A stretch of DNA of 63,967 nucleotides, counting the filler, from Octopus bimaculoides (taxonomy: Eukaryota), in assembly GCF_001194135.2 (NCBI RefSeq). It is 6 parts of 6 records of this genome, joined end to end, with 100 filler letters (N's around TTAATTAATTAA, not from the genome) between each part and the next. Parts side by side here need not be neighbours in the genome. Positions count along the whole stretch, not along the records: positions 39,135 to 44,252 come from NC_068985.1; positions 44,353 to 58,200 come from NC_068982.1; 4 more parts are not named here. One strand, 5' to 3'. A program made the translations under genes and the position numbers. The notes under the pieces are model-generated. The model worked only from the letters and a program-made list of their open reading frames with translations. It made no database searches and was not told the DNA's origin. Shown here piece after piece: positions 40,260 to 53,140 of this stretch. Numbering within the stretch: position 1 is the first letter of the stretch; every line of letters starts with the position of its first letter.

Positions 40260-42002
40260 TTCATGCCTGCAAGATCCACTACAAATCTTTCTCTCTTTCT
40301 TGTTGAAATTGTTGATAACATCATTGTAGAAGGTATTGTTCTTAATGCTTTTTAAAACGGCTTTTTCTATGCCAATTAGAGGTAAACTGCTCAACCTTTC
40401 TTATCCCTGTGAATTTCTTGTATAATTATGAATTCTCCTTAGGTATGAAAAGGAGTGCTCAACTTTAGCACTTGTTGCTTGTAGTGTTAATATTAATTCA
40501 CAAAGCTTCATTAAATGGGGCAGAGCTTCATCTAATCTACTATTATGCAGAATGTAAAGTAAATCTTGAACGGATTTTCCTTTTAGTTCAGCATCTTTGT
40601 ACAAGACAGTAAGTTCACTTCTTAACTTTTGGCTGTCGAAATGGTCTCCATAAGAATGTTTAAGGCAAGTTAGAGATGTTTTCTGGATGTCATTATTTTG
40701 TCTCATTGGATCAAGAAGCGCTAAAAAATGTAACTCATTTAAATTTTGAAATTGTATCTCAATTTGCTTGCAAATTGAATCTAAAATTTTGTAGAACAGC
40801 TGTCTGTATCTTTCTTCTATTTCAAACACATTTTTTCTTTTCTTTATTTGAAGATAAATGCCATCAACGTTAGCCCAAAATTTAGAAAATTCATACTTTT
40901 TTTCTTTCAAAACTTTCACAATTTCATTTACTTTACAAATACAGTAGGATATGTCAAATGTTTCTTTTTTTTTTTCTAGAGGATGTTGAATGCTGCATTT
41001 GTGTAAATAAAAATATCTCCAAATACATTTAACAAAAAATTGAATTCACAATTTTGTAAATTAGAATACAATGCCTGAGCATAGGTATATCTTTTCATGT
41101 CCCATTTACTTGAATTATCAATGATGTTTAGGAATAAATCAGCAAGTTGCTCATGAACTGTTTCTACTAACGAGTTGACGTCACATTTGGAAAACGCTTT
41201 TTAATTTCAGTATCTAATAGACGAATGCGTTTGGTTGACTTACAAAAACTGAACGAAAAATACTTTATCTGTGGAGAAAACTTACCGCTTTCTTGAATAT
41301 TTGCAGCTGCTTGAGACAGAACTAGATTTAATCTATGGGCCATACAATGAACAAAAAAAAGGTGTTCTATAATTTGAAGAAGTATAAAATGTTAGTAGAA
41401 TAAATGCAGAAAACAACGCGCATTATCTTTTCGTTTTTCTTATGGATGCAGAATGTCAACTTGCTTCCCTTTTCCAGTGATGATGACATAAGAACATGGA
41501 ACTTATTTAGTAAAGAAAAAAAACCTACAAAAACAAATATATTTACTCTCCATGTGTATTTTTACATTTGTGGTGAAGGATGATTAAATAAGACATACCT
41601 ACATGGAAACATGACATGCTAAAAATATCATAGATATTGCGAATTGACAGAAATTTAATCTAATCGTATAAGTATTTATTAGCATCTAAAACTATTTGTT
41701 ATCAGTTCTTACTAGAAAAAAATTGTCTTCGTGACTTTATTATTGGGGAAAAAATATTACACCGAAAAGGATGCAACAGCTCGTATTGCTTCCCTTGCAA
41801 GTTTTTTTTTTTGTCAGCCACTGCTTGTCGTCTCATGCTAATTCTGACAATAAAAGTCTGAAGCCTATGATGTCATGTAGTTTATTTTACAGAACATTAG
41901 AAGAATGATCTTATGAAAAATAAGTAATTTAGTTTCAATTTTGATTCTATAATTTTTAAGGGAAGCATTGCTTCTCTAGCTTCCATGGACCACACGCCTA
42001 TG
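40260..42002 (-). mobile_element. Degenerate hAT transposon (ZMYM1-like transposase remnant) with one recognisable terminus
   Basis: ORF 40401-40919 carries the hAT C-terminal dimerisation motif (LCELILTLQATSAKVEHSFSYLRRIHNYTRNSQG, continuing *ERLSSL). The CxxH motif FVHCMAHRLNLVL is at about 41318-41355. A TIR-like end TGGACCACACGCCTATG is at 41986-42002. Confidence 0.8.
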
Positions 42003-42827
42003 ATATATATATATATATATATATTACCAAAATACAACAACTTTAACATGAAATAACTTTGAAAATACAAACTTTTCTCAACAGTGCTATGAGTAAAAGA
42101 TGTTTTATATGACACATTCTACCAGTGTCCGAAGTTTGAAAGTGTTCAGTTACAAAAAATGAATTTCTCGATCTGCCAGTGAAAGTGAAAAGATCCTGAT
42201 TACCTGTTGCTAACTGTAGATTTACTGCAGGGACTTTGTAGTATATATGTACATATTTATGTGTGTGTGTGTCTATGTTTGTCCCTCCACCATTGCTTGA
42301 CAACCGATGTTGGTGTGTTTACATCCCTGTAACGTAGCAGTTTGACAAAAGAGACCGATAGAATAAGTATTAGGCTTAATAAGTCTTGGGGTTGACTTCT
42401 TTGAATAAAAAACCCTTTAATGTGGTGCTCCAACATGGCCACAGTCAAATGACTGAAACAAGTAAAAGAATAAAAAGTAAAAGGTGTGTGTGTATGTGTG
42501 TGCTGCTTGTCCTCAACACTACTTGACAACTGCTCAGAGCTGCTTTAGTAATATTATAGACTCTGAGGTGAGTCAATACACTGGGTCCCAATAGTATTTA
42601 TTTGTTGACAGCAAACCACAGCATACATATATGTCAGAATTGGGCCCTAGACCCGTGAGACCCCTGAGCAATTGCCAAGCATGTCCATGTCTTAAGATGG
42701 TATTGCGACTAGTGTTGATTTTTTTTCATATGTGTCGGTAACTTAGTAGTTTGGCAAAAGTGACTGATAGAATAAATACTAAACTTTAAAAACAAATGAA
42801 TACTGGGGTCGATTTGTTCAACTAAAG

Positions 42828-43114
42828 CAGTGGTTCCTAAACTTTTTGGGCTGCCACCCCCTTGGTACCAATGTCACATTCCTAGTGCCCCCTTTCCCTC
42901 ACCACTACAAACAGACCATTTTGTAAAGCAAATTCAAACTGACTGCTCTTCACAAATAAAACTGAACCTAATTAACCCATTATTTTGTTGTTTTCTTTTT
43001 TCAGAAAACATCACCCTCATTTGCCCACCCCATTATTGCCTCATTATTCCCCTGGATCTTTCCACTGCCTCCAAGGGGAAGGGGAAACAGAACTGCTCAT
43101 TTTGGGAACCACTG
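42828..43114. mobile_element. Non-autonomous hAT (Charlie/MER5-like) MITE inserted in a SINE tail
   Basis: TIRs CAGTGGTTCCTAAA / reverse complement CAGTGGTTCCCAAA (13/14). 8-bp flanks AACTAAAG / GACTAAAC (6/8) fit a decayed hAT TSD. SINE sequence resumes after the insert. Confidence 0.75.
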
Positions 43115-43658
43115 GACTAAACCATTCAAGATGATGCCTCAGCATAGTTGCAGTCCAATCACAGAAACAAATAAAAGATAACAAAATAAGAAATCTATCG
43201 GAGTTACAGGCCCACATTACTGGTTGTTCTGAGGTACAGAGTAAAGGGTAAAAGACCCCCTTTGGTCATGAATGACCATGGGATTATATACCTAGAAAGT
43301 TACCTTCTCAGGCACAAGTCCAGGTATGATTGTTTATGGAAGAGTAGTAGTCTCTGATGCATACCAGCCTCCCATCTCCATGTCACTGATGTTATCCAAG
43401 GGAAAGGCAAAGGCCGATACAGCTTGGCACCAGTGATGTTGCAACTAATCTCTACAGCTTAGTGAACTGGAGAAATGTGAAATAAAGTGTCTTGCTCAAG
43501 AACACAACATACAGCCTGGTCTGGGAATCAAACTCAGTACCTCATGATTTGTCAAACTGCAAATTTATGGGGATGTAAACAAATCAACATCGGTTCTCAA
43601 GCAGTGTTGAGGGACAAATACAAAGACACACACAGATAAATATTATGCATTGTTATAA

Positions 43659-43875
43659 GGTGGCGAGCTGGCAGAAACATTAGCACGCTGGGCGAAATGC
43701 TTAGCAGTTTTTCGTCTATCTTTACGTTCTGAGTTCAAATTCCGCCAGGGTTGACTTTGCTTTTCGTCCTTTCGGGGTCGATAAATTAAGTACCAGCCAT
43801 GTACTGGTGTTGATCTAATCGACTGGCCCCTCCCCCCACCAAATTTCGGGCATTGTGTCTAGAGCAGAAAAGAAT
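43659..43875 (+). mobile_element. SINE family A copy
   Basis: Head GGTGGCGAGCTGGCAGAA, core and tail as in 30546-30760. Confidence 0.88.
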
Positions 43876-45835
43876 ATGCATCTATATACATCTATATAGA
43901 TCAATAAAATTGAGTGAATGGACCACACGGCTATGATATATATATATATATATATACTTTATTAAATAAAGCATATTACTCTACCTCTGGTATTTGAGTA
44001 CTCTTTTTTCCACCTTGTTGCACATTTCATGTGCTTACTCCGGTATATATATATATATATATACATTCCCTCAATATACACAAGAGAAAAAAGCCAGGTC
44101 AGTTCCTCCTCAACTTTATTCGATTATCAAAGAATATGTATATGTATTTTTTATTATTCTCAAAGACTTTTGATAATCTTTTTCTAAAAAAGTGAAACGG
44201 GTTAAGTAAATAAATATCTTTAAAATAAGTGCATTTTCAAACCTTCTTTCATNNNNNNNNNNNNNNNNNNNNNNNNNNNNNNNNNNNNNNNNNNNNTTAA
44301 TTAATTAANNNNNNNNNNNNNNNNNNNNNNNNNNNNNNNNNNNNNNNNNNNNATATAAAAGATACACACACATATATGTTTATAGATATATTATTCCTAC
44401 CCTTACTTCACACTAATGCACAGTTATCATCATAAGTTTACTTGATGGTGGAGTTGCTTTTTTGTGATTGGCATCTAATTTTTACTCTACATTTAATATG
44501 ACACAGCTCTATACCCCATATGCCAATGCAATTACTGTACAACTGCAGTGACAATCTAATTCAATTTACATTTCTGCACTCAAAACTGAGAATCATTTTT
44601 ATCAGATCATTATAAGTTGTGAAAAAAAATTAAATCAAAACGTGCAAAAAATTTTTTAAATTTTAGATTTTTATGGCAAACGCTGGAGAATCGACAACAA
44701 AATATAACGCTACATAATAATAATAATAATAATAATATATGCAACCTTACTCACTCTCTGCTCCCCACTCCCCATGACATCAGTGCTTTCAATTGCATAA
44801 CACCTCATCTGTTAACATCTTCAAATGCAAAACATTGTTGTCCCTTGATATCTCTGGTTAAGACTAAGGTGCAACTCATATAAATTAAAGCTAAACCAAA
44901 ACATATGATAATAGCAATAATGGCTTCAAATTTTGCCACAAGGGCAGCAATTTGGAGGGAGGGAATGAGTTGCTTACCAATGTTCAACTGGTACTTATTT
45001 TATCGACCCTGAAAAGATGAAAGGCAAAGTTGACCTTGGCAGAATTTGAACTCAGAACATAGCGATGGGTGAAATACCACTTAACATATTGCCTTACACA
45101 ATAATGATGTTGCCACCTTGCCACATTTTAATAATGATAATAATAATAATACTACTTTCTGCTATAGGCACATGACTTGAGATTTGGGGTAGAAGGCTAA
45201 TCAATTACATCAACTCCAGCATTCAGCTTATTTTATTGACCTCGAAAGGATGAAAGGCAAAGCCTAATAGAGAAAATGGCACTCTTTGGAAGAAATAAAA
45301 GAAATAAAATTATTTCATTAAAAGCAAATACTGAAAATGTTGGATTTAGCTTGCTCTCAGAATACAAATGATACAATTATTAAAGAATGAATACACAGGT
45401 ATGAAAAAAGCAAATGTAAAATTAAAATGATGGTGAATTGCTTAAAGAATCAGTCATATTAGAACCTAAATTTAACAATAGAAATCAGAGATAATGTTCC
45501 CTTCATGGTGATTGTTTTAGCAAAGGTACTGTTTAGAAAAAACAAGTAGTGATGATGAACCAATGAGGGTCCCCTCTACAGTGGTTTGAACTCAATTTCT
45601 GAATGAAAATATGGCATTTCTTTGCCAGATGATGATTACATTCTTTCAGCATCTCTAGTATAACTTTGTCTGACATGAATGAAAGAGAGAATTTGAATAT
45701 GATTGTTTTGTCTGCAAGATATAACAGTGAATCCAACCTGAAATCACACCTTATAAAAAAGAGAGCTATGTTGGAAAAAACAGTGTCGGGTACAACAACA
45801 ACTACAATCATGAAACTGTGTGGAAGCGCATCGTA

Positions 45836-46057
45836 CATTAGGGGGTGCTGAAAAGTTCCTGTCTTTAAGGGCATTGCAAAAGGCCTGGTTGGAAGCCTAA
45901 CCTTCCGAATTCTTTTACAAGGCTTAAAAAAAAAACTTAAGGACTACTGCAGTAAGTGTGTGAATCTGAGAGGGGAATATGTTAAATAGAATCATAATTA
46001 GCTGATCTTTCTGTATTTTCTTTTACCCAAAGTCAGGAACTTTTTAGTACCCCCTTG
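45836..46057 (+). mobile_element. Mariner-derived MITE (copy 1)
   Basis: Inverted termini GGGGGTGCTGAAAAGTTCCTG / CAGGAACTTTTTAGTACCCCC, TA on the left flank, internal remnant KCVNLRGEYVK* of a mariner C-terminus. Homologous to 54639-54856. Confidence 0.75.
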
Positions 46058-46571
46058 TGTATGTGTATGTGTATGTGTGTGTTTCTCCCCTTTGCCACAT
46101 GGCAACCAGTATTGATTTATTTACCTTCTCATAACTTATTGTAATCGTGATTGTTGTCATCATTGCCATCATTTTACACCAACTTTCCATACTAGCATGG
46201 TTTAGATGAGCCATCACAAGCTAAGACATTTCATATTCAGAGTCAGTGCCCACATAAATGGGTTGGAGAACTACATCTTATCATGCATTTCATTTTTGGC
46301 ATGGCTTCTACAGCTGGATGCCTCGTCTAATGCAAACTAATTTACAGTGTATACTGGGTACACATTATCATCACATCAGCACTGTGTCTAAAAACAAAAG
46401 ACTAGTTTATTATGGTTTGTATGTGTTTGATCATACATCTGCTTGTTCAGGTTTGGTTAGGGGTTCAAAAATAGCAACACTTTTGCCACTCTATTATTTT
46501 TGACCTTCTCTTTCAGAAACCAAATATGTTTTGATAAAGCAGCCCAAACCTTCTTAAATATATTTTAGAAT

Positions 46572-46801
46572 GGCGGCGAGCTGGCAGAAATGTTAGCGCA
46601 CCGGGCGAGATGCTTAGCGGTATTTCATCTGCCGTTACTTTCTGAGTTCAAATTCCGCCGAGGTCGACTTTGCCTTTCATCCTTTCGGGGTCGATAAATA
46701 AAGTACCAGTTACGCACTGGGGTCGATGTAATCGACTTGATCCCTTTGTCTGTCCTTGTCTGTCCCCTCTATGTTTAGCCCCTTGTGGGCAGTAAAGAAA
46801 T
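46572..46801 (+). mobile_element. SINE family A, young full-length copy with TSD
   Basis: Head GGCGGCGAGCTGGCAGAA, B box GAGTTCAAATTC, central TTGCCTTTCATCCTTTCGGGGTCGATAAA. Perfect 14-bp TSD ATATATTTTAGAAT at 46558-71 and 46802-15. Confidence 0.92.
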
Positions 46802-47759
46802 ATATATTTTAGAATGTGCTAATTTGTTTTACATGTCTTCTAAGACATAACTGAACAGTTGAATATTGTGCTTTGCAAACTACGAGGACTTAGGTTCAAT
46901 ACTATTGCATGTTATCTAAGGCAAACGACTCTTATCATAGCCTCAGATCAATTCAATCCTTCTAATACTGCCTGAGGATTATGTTAATGGAATACTCAGC
47001 AACATATGTATTTATACAATGGGTTGGTTGCTCAGTTCAATGAAAAACTGAAAGATCTATTTGCTTTTAACAAAAATCCTTTTACTAATATTATTTGTTG
47101 TTGTTGTTGCTGCTGTTTAGTCCCAGGTCATCCCTGAATGAGTAGACTTATGATCAAAGATAAAAACTGGTACTCTGTTGGTTATGACGATGAGCATCCC
47201 AGTTAATCTGATCAACGGAACAGCCTGTTCATGAAATTAACACGCAAGTAGCTGAGCACTCCACAGACACATGTACCTTTAATGTAGTTCTCTGGAAGAT
47301 TCAGCATGACATAGAATGTGACAAAGCTGACCCCTTGAATTACAGGTAAAACTCTTTTTTTGCTAGCTAAGTGGACTAGAACAATGTGAAATAGTGTCTT
47401 GCTTGAGGACACAATGTGCAGCTGGGAATTGAACTCATGACCTCATGACTGTCAGCCAAATACCCTAACCACTAAGCTGTGCACCGTTACATGATCAAAA
47501 ATATTCAAACCATGGCCAACTTTTTTTTCAAAAATTGTGTATCTAAGAATACCTTATCCAACATAGTGTCCCTAAATTTATCATTTAGATGATAAGGTGT
47601 GATTTGAGGGAGATCTTACAGTTCTTTCTAACAGGTCAAGCAGCCATGTAGTAGTTTCTTCATTAACAGCTTATTCTGAAACAGCTTATATTAGAGGTGT
47701 CAAAGACATGTAATATTTACTTGGAAAAGAAATATAACTTAATGCAAAAATGATAAGCC

Positions 47760-47925
47760 TTCTCAAAAGACCAAAGATAATGTGGAAATGGAAGCACACA
47801 GAAACAAAATATTGCCTCAGGAATTAGAAATTACAGGCAGACTGAGAACACAACAGCGATCACCACAAGGCAACACACAATCTGTAAGAACCAATCACAG
47901 AAAAGTGCAGAGATCATTTAACAAA
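47760..47925 (+). mobile_element. Short LINE RT fragment
   Basis: Frameshifted Q.G.R...T...I / L*EPITEKCRDH resembling the Q.GFR..RST.D.I..LR.I.EK..E motif. Ends in poly(A) at a gap. Confidence 0.4.
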
Positions 47926-48721
47926 AAAAAAAAAAAAAAANNNNNNNNNNNNNNNNNNNNNNNNNNNNNNNNNNNNNNNNNNNNNNNNNNNNNNNNNNNN
48001 NNNNNNNNNNNNNNNNNNNNNNNNNNNNNNNNNNNNNNNNNNNNNNNNNNNNNNNNNNNNNNNNNNNNNNNNNNNNNNNNNNNNNNNNNNNNNNNNNNNN
48101 NNNNNNNNNNNNNNNNNNNNNNNNNNNNNNNNNNNNNNNNNNNNNNNNNNNNNNNNNNNNNNNNNNNNNNNNNNNNNNNNNNNNNNNNNNNNNNNNNNNN
48201 NNNNNNNNNNNNNNNNNNNNNNNNNNNNNNNNNNNNNNNNNNNNNNNNNNNNNNNNNNNNNNNNNNNNNNNNNNNNNNNNNNNNNNNNNNNNNNNNNNNN
48301 NNNNNNNNNNNNNNNNNNNNNNNNNNNNNNNNNNNNNNNNNNNNNNNNNNNNNNNNNNNNNNNNNNNNNNNNNNNNNNNNNNNNNNNNNNNNNNNNNNNN
48401 NNNNNNNNNNNNNNNNNNNNNNNNNNNNNNNNNNNNNNNNNNNNNNNNNNNNNNNNNNNNNNNNNNNNNNNNNNNNNNNNNNNNNNNNNNNNNNNNNNNN
48501 NNNNNNNNNNNNNNNNNNNNNNNNNNNNNNNNNNNNNNNNNNNNNNNNNNNNNNNNNNNNNNNNNNNNNNNNNNNNNNNNNNNNNNNNNNNNNNNNNNNN
48601 NNNNNNNNNNNNNNNNNNNNNNNNNNNNNNNNNNNNNNNNNNNNNNNNNNNNNNNNNNNNNNNNNNNNNNNNNNNNNNNNNNNNNNNNNNNNNNNNNNNN
48701 NNNNNNNNNNNNNNNNNNNNN

Positions 48722-48796
<75 letters not shown>

Positions 48797-49059
48797 TATA
48801 CATATAAATATGCACATACATATACACATACATACACACATACATATACACACACTCACATTCCATCATAAAAGGTGATGATAAGTTCGGCCATAAAAAG
48901 TTCTATATCAGATAATATTTAATCACAGCATAACATATATGCTACACACCCACATCCTATCTGCGTGTGCATATGTGTGTACATGTGTATGTGTGTGTAC
49001 ATGTGTATGTGTACGTTTGTGTGTGTGTGTGTTATCCAGTAGTTATTGGTGAGTGAGTA

Positions 49060-49620
49060 TAAAGATCTTTTTTTATTGGATAAGCTTCTATTGGTTACAA
49101 TGTTGAAAATTCTGTTATATATAGTTAAGATGATTTGATTGGATTTTTCTATTGGGTATGGTTAAGATGTTTGTGAGCACAGCTGCAACATCCCAATATG
49201 TAAGAGCTGCATTACAATGCGGGTTGCACTTGAGCACTGAAGAGAGTCAGAAAGTTAACAGAGTTGAAGTATTTTTGGTTTCTGAAGAGGAATCTTAATC
49301 ATTGATATACAGATGCAGCACTGTTTTATATGAGAGGTCACCAGGAGAAATCGTCAGATATTGCAAGTTCTAGTAACTTTGGAAACTTTATTTGTTTGTT
49401 GTTCAAGTAAAGGTTGTTTCCTTCATTTATGTAGTAATTGTGTTGCTGAAGGAGAGCTTTATTTGTAACGTTTCCTTTGAAGGATGCTTTGGCAATCTCT
49501 ATTCATGGGTGAATTATATGCCTGTTAAGAAGAACTTTGGTTGCAAGTGGATGACAATATGTATTGAAGACAATATGCATTAAGGAAAACTCAAGACTGG
49601 TACCACCTGCATTGGGAATG
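49060..49620 (-). mobile_element. CR1/L2/Jockey-type LINE RT C-terminal remnant
   Basis: One minus frame with stops: LNNKQIKFPKLLELAISDDFSW*PLI*NSAASVYQ*LRFLFRNQKYF...TLFSAQVQPAL*CSSYILG...HKHLNHTQ, fitting the LG..IS.DLSW..HI...LGFL.R...L.LY...VRP.LEY pattern. Confidence 0.65.
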
Positions 49621-49690
49621 CATATAGTTAGAAATAACTATAAGTAGGTCATTAACCGTTTTGTTAACATATTTCTGTTGAAATACACTA

Positions 49691-50180
49691 GGCGCAGGAG
49701 TGGCTGTGTGGTAAGTAGTTTGCTTACCAACCACATGGCTCTGGGTTCATACCTACTGTGTGGCACCTTGGGCAAATGTCTTCTACTATAGCCTCGGGCC
49801 GACCTAACCCTTGCGAGTGGATTTGGTAGACGGATACTGAAAGAAGCCCATCGTATATATATATATATATATATATATATATNNNNNNNNNNNNNNNNNN
49901 NNNNNNNNNNNNNNNNNNNNNNNNNNNNNNNNNNNNNNNNNNNNNATATATATGTATATATGTATGTTTGTGTCTGTGTTTCCCCCCCCCCACCAAACAT
50001 CGCTTGACAACCGATGCTGGTGTGTTTACGTCCCCATAACTTAGCAGTTCGGCAAAAGAAACCGATAGAATAAGTACTAGGCAACCAAAGAATAAGTCCT
50101 GGGGTTAATTTGCTCGACTAAAGGTGGTGCTCCAGCATGACCACAGTCAAATGACTGAAACAAGTAAAAGAGTAAAAGAG
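49691..50180 (+). mobile_element. SINE family B (CORE-like domain) with internal (AT)n/(GT)n microsatellite
   Basis: Head GGCGCAGGAGTGGCTGTGTGGTAAG, CORE-like GGCACCTTGGGCAAATGTCTT, microsatellite containing an N gap, 3' half ending TGAAACAAGTAAAAGAGTAAAAGAG. Other copies at about 53675-54045 (+), 55505-55860 (+), 50430-50735 (-), 12670-13250 (-), 3570-4510 (+). Confidence 0.9.
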
Positions 50181-50764
50181 TATCTTTACTTGCATGAATT
50201 AAAAAAATATTGCAGAATTTAGTAAAATAATTTTGTCATTATCAAGCTGTGTTTAGAACATAAATTAACATGGAAATTTGTTGGGAAGTTTTAATTTAGA
50301 TATCTTTAAAATGGAATTTGTATCATAGAAACAAAAGCAGTTCTGGGCAGGTTGGTATCAAAAGAAGTAATATAGTGAAGAATTTAGATGAAATCATTAA
50401 CATGCAAAGAGCTGAGAAAAGTAAAATAAATGATTGCTGAACTGGTAAGTTACAGGATGTAAACAAACCTACACCAAGTACCAAGCGATGGTGGGGGACA
50501 AAGACAGATACAAAGACACTCACACATACACACACACACATGCACACAGGCACGCACAGACACACACACATTTACGATGGGCTTCCTTCAGTTTCCATCT
50601 ACCAAATCCACTCACAAAGCTTATACTATAGCCCAAGGCTATAGTATAAGACATTTATCCAAGGTACCACACAGTGAGACTGAACCTAGAATAATGTAAT
50701 TAGAAAGCAAACTTCTTACCACACAGCCACACCTGTTACATATTGATACAACATGATATTTATA

Positions 50765-51390
50765 GTTTCTTAGGCCTCTGTCGGTCATGGCTGACCATGG
50801 ATGATGTCATCCGTCCATTGAGTTGTGTCCTCTCCAGTTTTAGGATGGTGTGGACGGATGTAAGCCTGGGCAGTGTGATATGGAGAACAGGCTGTTGCCC
50901 ATGCAACTTGTTCCCCCTTTCCACCCTGTTGACAGATCCAAAGGAACAGCAGGGCTGATACAGTTTGGCATGAACGCAGTTGCAGGAGCTGCCAGAACAA
51001 AGTTGAGATCAGTATCGAGCTGCCTTATGGGCTCCGACTCTAGATTTTTCCTCGAGGTTTACTCCTGAAGCCTCTTCCATGACTGGATATGGCCGCAAGG
51101 CAGCAGAGGTTTGAAATTAGAGTTTTCCTTCTCCTAGATGGACAGCCTTCCTAGGCTAACAAGCCCCAACTACCCGAAGCATTTGGTTTTAAGGCACCAG
51201 AGACCCACCTTTGCCCCTTCTCCTGTCTGTAAAAGCAGTTCTGCCATGAGCAGGCCGGGAATTGGACTTTGGTTGTGAGAGGCTTTCTGAAATGCACGCC
51301 ATGTGGAAGCATTTTGTAGATAGTGGGCACTTATCCCTACTACCACCCCCGGCTGTGACAACCTTCAGAACAACCCTCCTAGCTGTAAAT
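50765..51390 (-). mobile_element. GC-rich interspersed repeat resembling the 5' region of an RTE-clade LINE
   Basis: GC-rich island in AT-rich DNA containing GAGTTTTCCTTCTCCTAGATGGACAGCCTTCCTAGGCTAACAAGCCCC, which I recognise from RTE 5' UTRs (recognition only). Confidence 0.4.
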
Positions 51391-51402
51391 AAATACCACA
51401 AA

Positions 51403-51631
51403 TTATCCCTTTAGCATTCACATTACTTCGTTAAATGCAATGCTTATTTATTCACATTGTTTTTATTGTTTTGAATTAACCATGTATTATCTTGTAGCTT
51501 TGAAATTTCAATGATATGATTGTTTACTTTTAGAATGACATTGTATGGTAGGTACGACGAGCCAAATCTGGCTAGTTTGAAAATAAAACTGGTTGAATAT
51601 TTGTGCTGGATGTGGCTGGTTAAAGAGTTAA
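51403..51631. mobile_element. TTAA-bounded piggyBac-like MITE
   Basis: Starts TTAT-CCCTTTAGCATT and ends AAAGAGTTAA. Homologous, in inverted orientation, to 56824-57046. Confidence 0.55.
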
Positions 51632-52744
51632 AGATTAATGGTCTATGTAACCAGAAGCAGGATGATCAAACATTTAGATATTTAAATATTTAAGTTTTTC
51701 AAATGTTTGTAGTGCTAAGCACAGCTTCTCCCATGACCAGGTTACCTATGATAAATTAGAATCCTATTGGAAGGTGATTTGTTTCTCATCTATTTAATGA
51801 TGTTGTCATTTGAATTATACACAAGCCCAGTGAACTTTGGTTGCTTCAATTTTTTATTTAGTACATGTACTTTTATCACCCAATATTTAAAAGAGAGAGA
51901 AAGAAAAGACTTCAGTAGCCTTATCTCTCTTAATGAATAAATTTTCTATGGCCACTACGATAATGATGATGATGTTATTGTTAAAGATAGCACTGATCAA
52001 GTACATCTTTTATCAATGATCTGTGACCAAAAGCATACAAAGACATGGCAATCCTATCTTTTTCTTCAGGTGCATAGTGTTCTTTAAGACAATAGGTTGT
52101 TTTGGGGGAATGCCAGCAGATTTGGCTGTTATTTCTAGATAACTGAGTGATAATAAAGAGATTATTTTGGTGATGTTAATGATGATGATGGTGATGATGA
52201 CAATGATGGTGGTGATGAGGACAAGGATAAAAGATGGTTTTAGTTCATAGCTAAATTGAATTCTAGCACATTTTTATCCACTCTAATCCAAATATAGTCA
52301 CATTAAATTCAATACAAAGATTTCCATGAATATTTTATTTTATCTTGAATCTCATATTTACCCAGCCTATGGCATAGAGATAACATTATCTATGATAGTA
52401 ATGATGATGCAATGTGAGCAGATACATTCAGGGTTCACATTTATTGTCATATAAATAGCACAAGGTACATTAAGATTGGTAGCAGGATGTCATAAAAATA
52501 AACCCTGGTATATAATTAACATTTAGAAGAAGCCTTCTGATCTTTCTACACTAAACAAGGTGAAAATCATGTTTTGTTTTTTACAAGACACAAAGAGAAA
52601 AAGAGTGTTGCCTTTTAACAAACTTCTGCTAAAAAATTTCTGACTCTCAATAGACGAACAAAAATATCTACATACCTAATCAAGCACAATGCTATCTAAA
52701 ATGTAGCAGGACACCAACTATATGTATAAGGATACATATACACT

Positions 52745-53140
52745 CGGCTTGCGAAGACCTGTTGAGGCAAGCGAAAGCAAAATCGTGACGGCACCTGTGC
52801 TCAGCATCGCCTTTCTGGCACTTGTGCCTGTGGCACGTGTAAAGACTTTCGAGTGAGAACGTAGCCAGTGCCGCTGGACTGGCTCTTGTGCAGGTGGCAT
52901 GTAAAATACACCATTTTGAGTGTGGCCGTTGCCAATACCACCTGACTGGCCTTCGTGCCGGTGGCACATAAAAGCACTCACTACACTCTCAGAGTTGTGG
53001 GCATTAGGAAGGGCATCCAGCTGTAGAAACTCTGCCAGATCAGACTGGAGCCTGGTGTAGCCATCTGGTTCACCAGTCCTCAGTCAAATCGTCCAACCCA
53101 TGCTAGCATGGAAAGCGGACGTTAAACGATGATGATGATA
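52745..53140 (+). mobile_element. SINE-like element with RTE-type tail ending (GAT)n (fragment at about 46150-46345, minus)
   Basis: Three internal GTGCC(G/T)GTGGCAC-type hairpin repeats, GGGCATCCAGCTGTAGAAAC, tail CCAACCCATGCTAGCATGGAAAGCGGACGTTAAACGATGATGATG. Confidence 0.75.

Noticed and set aside
45690-45770. Possible broken C2H2 finger (YDCFVCK / YNSESNLKSHL)
   Set aside because: It requires a frameshift and lacks the second His. A single, unconvincing instance.
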